A stretch of 11,687 nt of DNA, taken from positions 1 to 11,687 of the forward strand of contig JAJHRB010000048.1 in the NCBI GenBank assembly GCA_020833025.1, given 5' to 3'. Source of the stretch: Thermoproteaceae archaeon (GTDB lineage: Archaea > Thermoproteota > Thermoprotei > Thermoproteales > Thermoproteaceae). Below, in pieces: positions 8,087 through 11,687 of the stretch. A program made the position numbers and the translations under genes. A model generated the notes under the pieces. The model did no database searches. It was not told where the DNA came from and saw nothing but the letters and a program-made list of their open reading frames with translations. Each line of letters opens with the position of its first letter. The stretch's first letter is position 1.

Positions 8087-8237
8087 CCGGTGGTTAGTGT
8101 GGTGAGCGTGTTGAGTCTCCGAAGCCCTTGGCAGATATTGAAAAACGGGCGACAAATGTCGAAACCGCTCTCCCAGCTGGCATCAACTCAAGTAAAGCGC
8201 AAAGGGGACTAACCACACTCACCACACTAACCACCGG
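8087..8237. repeat. Origin-like module 2 (diverged direct-repeat copy of module 1)
   Basis: GTGGTTAG/GTGGTGAG/GTGTTGAG, a 93-bp core, then CTAACCAC/CTCACCAC/CTAACCAC. 8087-8106 and 8218-8237 form a perfect 20-bp inverted repeat. It aligns ungapped to module 1 at offset 2597 (103/136 identical by hand count). Confidence 0.8.
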
Positions 8238-8310
8238 CCGCCGTGGAGCTGGCCGCGGTTGTTCTTCCATTGTGCGCTTGCCGCCTGGCGGCTGCGGGCC
8301 GGCGCGCGCC

Positions 8311-8342
8311 TTTTCAATAATCAAAATAAGTATTAAATACTT
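8311..8342. promoter_or_regulatory. AT-rich island (possible unwinding element, or BRE/TATA promoter)
   Basis: 26 of 30 bases at 8311-8340 are A/T in an otherwise GC-rich element. It contains AAAATAAG-TATTAAATA, but no obvious downstream ORF. Confidence 0.4.
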
Positions 8343-8816
8343 CGCGGCGGCGAGGGCGGTGTGGGCTGACCGGTGCTGACCTCCTCCGCGCGGACGGCGC
8401 GCGGCTAGGGGGGGCCGCGGCCGGCCGCAGCGTCACGATCCCGAGCATCCCCAGAACCCGCCAGAGGGACTCGGCGGCGCCGCGCGGGCTCCCGGCCGCG
8501 ACGATGATCGCCTCGCACCTCAGCGCCGTGAGCCGCTCCGGACATCTGTTCTCGCTGCACCACTCGCGCAGCTCGCTTAGCGGCGCCCCGGCCAGCCACG
8601 CGCCTGCGCGCGCCTGACCAGAACCGGCAGCGGCCTGCCGCTCGCGCTGTAGAGCCTGGCGCTCGCGCCCTCGGGCAGCAGGCGCTCGAGGTCGTCAATT
8701 GGGACCAGGCTGGGCGCGGCTGGCTCTCGCGGGGCGCGTAATAGAGTTCTGCCGCGCTGGCGCCGCACCGCAACGGCCCGGTTCGTGCGCGGCGTGCCAT
8801 AAGGGCGGGCAGACAT
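8314..8816 (-). pseudogene. Probable frameshifted orphan gene
   Basis: The protein-like segment LVPIDDLERLLPEGASARLYSASGRPLPVLVRR (8577..8816 frame) continues after a -1/+2 shift at ~8599-8613 into a start-less open frame WLAGAPLSELREWCSENRCPERLTALRCEAIIVAAGSPRGAAESLWRVLGMLGIVTLRP, which stops at 8316-8314. The start (8816 or 8800) is uncertain. Confidence 0.4.
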
Positions 8817-8842
8817 AAGTTGCTGGAAGCAGCCACTGCGGC

Positions 8843-9472
8843 ATGCTGAGGCTCGTCGCCTACGTCAGGGTGTCGAGAGAGGACGAGCGCCCGGAGAACC
8901 AGGAGTTTGCAATCTACAAGTGGGGCGCCGAGAGGGGCCACCGGGTAGTCGAGGTCGTGAGGGGCGCCGGCGCCTCCGGCGCCCTGCCGCCGGCAGAGAG
9001 ACCGGGCTGGCAAAAGGCCGTACAGCTACTGGAGCGGGCTGACGGCATTGTCGTGCACGCGCTCGACCGCATTGCCAGATCGCTGTGGGACCTGGCCAGC
9101 GTGGCGAGAGAGCTGGAGGCCAGGGGCAAGCTTCTGGTGAGCGTCCGCGAGGAGTGGCTGCAAGACGTGGACCCCAAAATCAGACAGTTGATTGTCGCCG
9201 TGCTGGGCTGGGCGGCAGAGATAGAGCGCGAGTTCATCCGCGAGAGGACGCGCGAGGCGCTGGCCAGGCTGAGGGCAATGGGCAGGCGCGTGGGCAGGCC
9301 CCCGAAGTGGAGCGAGACAATACGCCGCCGCATAATCGACCTCGTGAGGAGGGGCATCACGCTGAGAGATGCCTGCAGGCTGGCCGGCGTGGGGTACAGG
9401 ACGGCGCTCAGATACTTGTCGAGAGACCCGGAGTACCTCAAGGCGAGGGCCGAGGCGAGGCTCAAGGGCTGA
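8843..9472 (+). CDS. Small serine recombinase (resolvase/invertase family) with C-terminal HTH
   Basis: Catalytic YVRVS, LDRIARS, helix E AEIEREFIRERTREAL, GRPPK minor-groove arm, and C-terminal HTH GITLRDACRLAGVGYRTALRYL. Confidence 0.93.
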   Translation: MLRLVAYVRVSREDERPENQEFAIYKWGAERGHRVVEVVRGAGASGALPPAERPGWQKAVQLLERADGIVVHALDRIARSLWDLASVARELEARGKLLVSVREEWLQDVDPKIRQLIVAVLGWAAEIEREFIRERTREALARLRAMGRRVGRPPKWSETIRRRIIDLVRRGITLRDACRLAGVGYRTALRYLSRDPEYLKARAEARLKG

Positions 9473-9483
9473 GCCTGCGGGGA

Positions 9484-9519
9484 GGGAGCACGCCTCCTGT
9501 CGGCGGGAGTGCATCTCCT
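9484..9519. promoter_or_regulatory. Two tandem quasi-palindromes GGGAG-N5-CTCCT, 21-bp period
   Basis: GGGAGCACGCCTCCT (9484-9498) and GGGAGTGCATCTCCT (9505-9519), intergenic. Confidence 0.4.
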
Positions 9520-9568
9520 CACCTCTCGGCAGCACAGCAACTCGCCACCGCCAGGAGGGCCGCGCGCC

Positions 9569-9576
9569 AATTTAAG
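9569..9576 (+). promoter_or_regulatory. TATA box for leaderless gene 9598..9957
   Basis: AATTTAAG ends 21 nt before GTG 9598. Confidence 0.6.
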
Positions 9577-9597
9577 CAGCACCGCGCCCGTGCCGGC

Positions 9598-9957
9598 GTG
9601 CCGCGCTACAAGCCGATAGTCGTCAGGTACCCGCTGCCCTGCGTCGCCGCCGCCGTGATCTTCTGCGAGACGCGCGGCGCGGGCATGTGCCTCTCGCTCC
9701 ACGACCCGCCGAAGTGGGCCGTCGAGGTGCTCAACTCAGCCGGGTACTACACGTTGTACTTCGCGATCCGCGGGAGGCTCTACGAGGCGGGGGGGAGACT
9801 AGTGAGGAGGCGGGGCTCCGTCTATCACGTCTACGTCCCGGCGCCCGCGGGCAGGGTGCTCAGGCAGCTGCGCGCCGAGGGCTACCAGGCCGTTTGCCTT
9901 GTCGACATCAACATCAAGCAGGCTCCTGGCACGCTTACGACACAAAGAGCAAAATGA
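9598..9957 (+). CDS. Small putative DNA-binding regulator (119 aa, possibly AbrB/SpoVT-like), paralog of 1648..2001
   Basis: C-terminal part of ORF 9085..9957. GTG 9598 is in frame and correctly spaced from a TATA box. It aligns to 1648..2001 and is followed by a T-rich terminator. Confidence 0.75.
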   Translation: MPRYKPIVVRYPLPCVAAAVIFCETRGAGMCLSLHDPPKWAVEVLNSAGYYTLYFAIRGRLYEAGGRLVRRRGSVYHVYVPAPAGRVLRQLRAEGYQAVCLVDINIKQAPGTLTTQRAK

Positions 9958-10002
9958 GTAAAGTGGCGCTTAGCGATCGCCGCAACAGTTGAAAGGGCCC
10001 CG

Positions 10003-10038
10003 CTTCTTTCTTTCTTTATCTTTTTTCTATTTATTCCT
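10003..10038 (+). terminator. Oligo-T / pyrimidine-rich archaeal terminator
   Basis: CTTCTTTCTTTCTTTATCTTTTTTCTATTTATTCCT (T6 at 10021-10026) lies ~45 nt after the 9957 stop, between convergent genes. Confidence 0.65.
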
Positions 10039-10054
10039 GCTGGCCGCCGCGTAA

Positions 10055-11284
10055 TTAGGGGAAGACCCTAGGCGCGTGCTGTTCAAACACGGCGCGGAGG
10101 CGGCGCTCGTAGTCGGCTATATAGTGCTCTACGGTCACGGCGAGACCGCCTGGCAGCGAGCGGCCCTGAAGCACGGCGATGTCCGCGACGTCGACGCCGC
10201 GGTCCAGCAGCCACTGCGCGAAGAACTTGCGCAGCAGTCTCGGCTCGAGCCACGGGAGCCCCGCGCGCTCCCGCGCCTCCTTGAGCCACCTGTAGACCGT
10301 CAGCTCCTGGCACGGGAACAGCCTCTCGGTGCTGAGCTGAAGCTGCCGGCAGAATTTCTCCCTCCAGGGCAGGTAGACCTCCTTGAGGTACTTCACCGCG
10401 CCCTCGGTGAGGAACACGAGCGGCTGCCTCTTCGGGCCCTCCGTCTCTCCGAGGAGCAGGCGCCTTTTCTCCAGCTGCAGGCCGTCGAGCCTCGCCCTCA
10501 GCAGGTGGTCCAGCCTGACGCCGGTCTCCGCCATGATGCCCCACACCGCGGCGGCGCACGGCGAGATTTTGTGCGCCTCCTCCCACACGCGTCTCACCTC
10601 CTCTAGCGTCGGGACGCGGAAGCTGTTCCTCGCCCTGCTCTGGACCGTCTTGAAGCTGTCGTAGAGCAGCGAGGCGAGCTGCGGGTCCTTCACGCGCACC
10701 ACGGTGTCGATAAAGCGCTTTAATGCGACGGCGGTCTTCCCCGTCACGCGCGGGCGCTCTATCGTGTACACGCGCTGCAGGGTCTCCGGCGACAGGACCC
10801 AGCCCACCATGTCGAGGAACCTGACGAGGTACCTCACGTAGTAGTTGACGGTGTCGCGGGACACGCCCTCGGCGATCAGCTTCCCGCGGAAGAGCTCCAC
10901 GTCCTCGCGCTCGACCCTGTAGGCTATCTCGCGCCTCACCTGGCCCGGCAGGAGCTTCGACAGCTCGTCGATGACGTAGTCGCGGTACTTCTTGGCGCGC
11001 AGCGCCTTTGCGATGACGCTGATGGCCTGCACTATGTCAATTTCATTAATAGGCGGCTCGGGCAGGCACCTCTCCACCGTCTCCGGCATCGCGCTGTAGA
11101 GACGCTCCAGCTTATCCGCCTGAGGCGCCGCCCTGCCGGAAAGCCAGGCGTGGACGGTGCTCGGGTTCACGCCGGCGGCTCTGGCGATATCGCTCAGCGA
11201 GAGGCCCAGCTCTCTGAGACACGCTATAATGCCGCGCCGCTGCTCGTCGCTCAGCCTGAGCCAGTACGGATTTTGGACGCTCAT
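10055..11284 (-). CDS. int: Tyrosine integrase with N-terminal XRE-type HTH
   Basis: N-terminal LRELGLSLSDIARAAGVNPSTVHAWLSG (XRE HTH). Catalytic ETGVR, GPKRQ, RLLRKFFA, LQGR, EHY. It starts 55 nt inside the right att repeat. Confidence 0.92.
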   Translation of the reverse strand: MSVQNPYWLRLSDEQRRGIIACLRELGLSLSDIARAAGVNPSTVHAWLSGRAAPQADKLERLYSAMPETVERCLPEPPINEIDIVQAISVIAKALRAKKYRDYVIDELSKLLPGQVRREIAYRVEREDVELFRGKLIAEGVSRDTVNYYVRYLVRFLDMVGWVLSPETLQRVYTIERPRVTGKTAVALKRFIDTVVRVKDPQLASLLYDSFKTVQSRARNSFRVPTLEEVRRVWEEAHKISPCAAAVWGIMAETGVRLDHLLRARLDGLQLEKRRLLLGETEGPKRQPLVFLTEGAVKYLKEVYLPWREKFCRQLQLSTERLFPCQELTVYRWLKEARERAGLPWLEPRLLRKFFAQWLLDRGVDVADIAVLQGRSLPGGLAVTVEHYIADYERRLRAVFEQHAPRVFP

Positions 11285-11307
11285 TGGATATCTTTTGGCG
11301 AGCGCCG

Positions 11308-11313
11308 TTTAAA
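11308..11313 (-). promoter_or_regulatory. TATA box of the integrase gene
   Basis: TTTAAA on the minus strand, 23 nt upstream of ATG 11284 (leaderless spacing). Confidence 0.55.
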
Positions 11314-11339
11314 TGCGTTGCGCCGAATTCGAAAAATAT

Positions 11340-11422
11340 GGGCCTGCTAAGCCCGTCCCCGTTGAGGGGGCCCGGGTTCAAATCCCGGCCCCGGCGCCAG
11401 TTCCTCTTGACACATATCAAGT
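11340..11422 (+). repeat. Right attachment site (3' tRNA-Ser fragment plus trailer)
   Basis: Copy of 520-602 lacking the first 28 nt of the tRNA, so it cannot fold into a tRNA. Confidence 0.95.
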
Positions 11423-11448
11423 CACAGCCGCACCGTAAACTTACGGCG

Positions 11449-11476
11449 CGCCGCAATTAGAACGCCGCAATTAGAA
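11449..11476 (+). repeat. Perfect 14-bp tandem duplication CGCCGCAATTAGAA x2
   Basis: 11449-11462 equals 11463-11476. Confidence 0.85.
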
Positions 11477-11501
11477 GAAACTCGCCTTAAGGTTTAGAAT
11501 C

Positions 11502-11687
11502 CTATGCCCAGCTCGTCAAGAATCTCGCTATTTCCTCTATCGTCCCGCTTGCGACCTCTCGCGCCCTCCCGCGCTGCACCTCCCACAGCTCGATGCGCTG
11601 CACGCCCCCGAAGCTAGACCAATGCCTTGAGTATCTCTTGAGCTCCTCGAGGGCCGGCCTAGCCGTTATCCTGCCGTATTCGTCAGA
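11502..11687 (-). CDS. C-terminal fragment of a hypothetical protein, 5'-truncated by the window edge
   Basis: Open frame from 11687: SDEYGRITARPALEELKRYSRHWSSFGGVQRIELWEVQRGRAREVASGTIEEIARFLTSWA*, with TAG at 11504-11502. Confidence 0.65.
   Translation of the reverse strand, partial: SDEYGRITARPALEELKRYSRHWSSFGGVQRIELWEVQRGRAREVASGTIEEIARFLTSWA

Larger units (their letters stand above)
520..11422. mobile_element. tRNA-Ser-integrated plasmid-like element (~10.8 kb) with PrimPol-SF3 helicase Rep, PolB, serine recombinase and tyrosine integrase
   Basis: Bounded by 83-bp direct repeats duplicating the tRNA 3' part (offset 10,820 bp). An intact tyrosine integrase lies next to the right repeat and a replication operon lies inside. 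No capsid, packaging or conjugation genes were recognised. Confidence 0.93.

Noticed and set aside
8087-8237. The two repeat modules as MITE insertions
   Set aside because: No target-site duplications are visible, the arms are tandem 9-bp units, and copy 1 sits in frame inside rep. Not formally excluded without a genome-wide search.
7997-8379. ORFs 7997..8212 (+), 8128..8379 (+), 8094..8324 (-) and 7946..8155 (-)
   Set aside because: They read through origin-like module 2 and have low-complexity, non-globular sequences. The frame matching Rep has a stop at 8095. The GTGA overlap at 7997 means 7997..8212 cannot be fully excluded.
8843-9472. IS607-family TnpA or large serine integrase
   Set aside because: The HTH is C-terminal, there is no tnpB, and the protein has only 209 aa with no recombinase or zinc-ribbon extension.
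9085-9597. N-terminal 171 aa of ORF 9085..9957
   Set aside because: It overlaps the serine recombinase out of frame. The TATA spacing and paralog alignment point to GTG 9598.
11340-11400. Second tRNA-Ser gene
   Set aside because: It lacks the 5' acceptor strand and D arm. It is the att duplicate.
520-11422. Provirus
   Set aside because: No recognisable capsid, packaging ATPase or hydrophobic virion-type proteins, and little unassigned coding space. A satellite lifestyle is not excluded.

Overview
GC-rich, almost certainly archaeal window. The TATA/BRE-type leaderless promoters, tRNA style and LQGR-type integrase suggest a thermophilic Thermoproteota host, which is inference only. Host DNA at the left is the 3' part of a LivG-like ABC ATPase plus tRNA-Ser(GCT). 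Host DNA at the right is the 3' end of an unknown gene. Between them is a complete integrated element bounded by 83-bp direct repeats (520-602 and 11340-11422; predicted excised circle 10,820 bp) that duplicate the 3' two-thirds of the tRNA. The element carries a translationally coupled four-gene replication operon: a small putative regulator, an orphan, a 1198-aa PrimPol-PriCT-SF3 helicase Rep, and a compact proofreading family B DNA polymerase that is frameshifted at a (CG)7 tract. It also carries a resolvase/invertase-type serine recombinase, a second paralogous small regulator, an XRE-HTH-fused tyrosine integrase and one or two orphans. No virion, packaging or conjugation genes are recognisable. 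Two ~150-bp origin-like modules (inverted 9-bp-period repeat arms around a 93-bp core) flank polB, and their arms co-vary within each copy. The best reading is a small integrative plasmid-like element with its own primase, helicase and polymerase.
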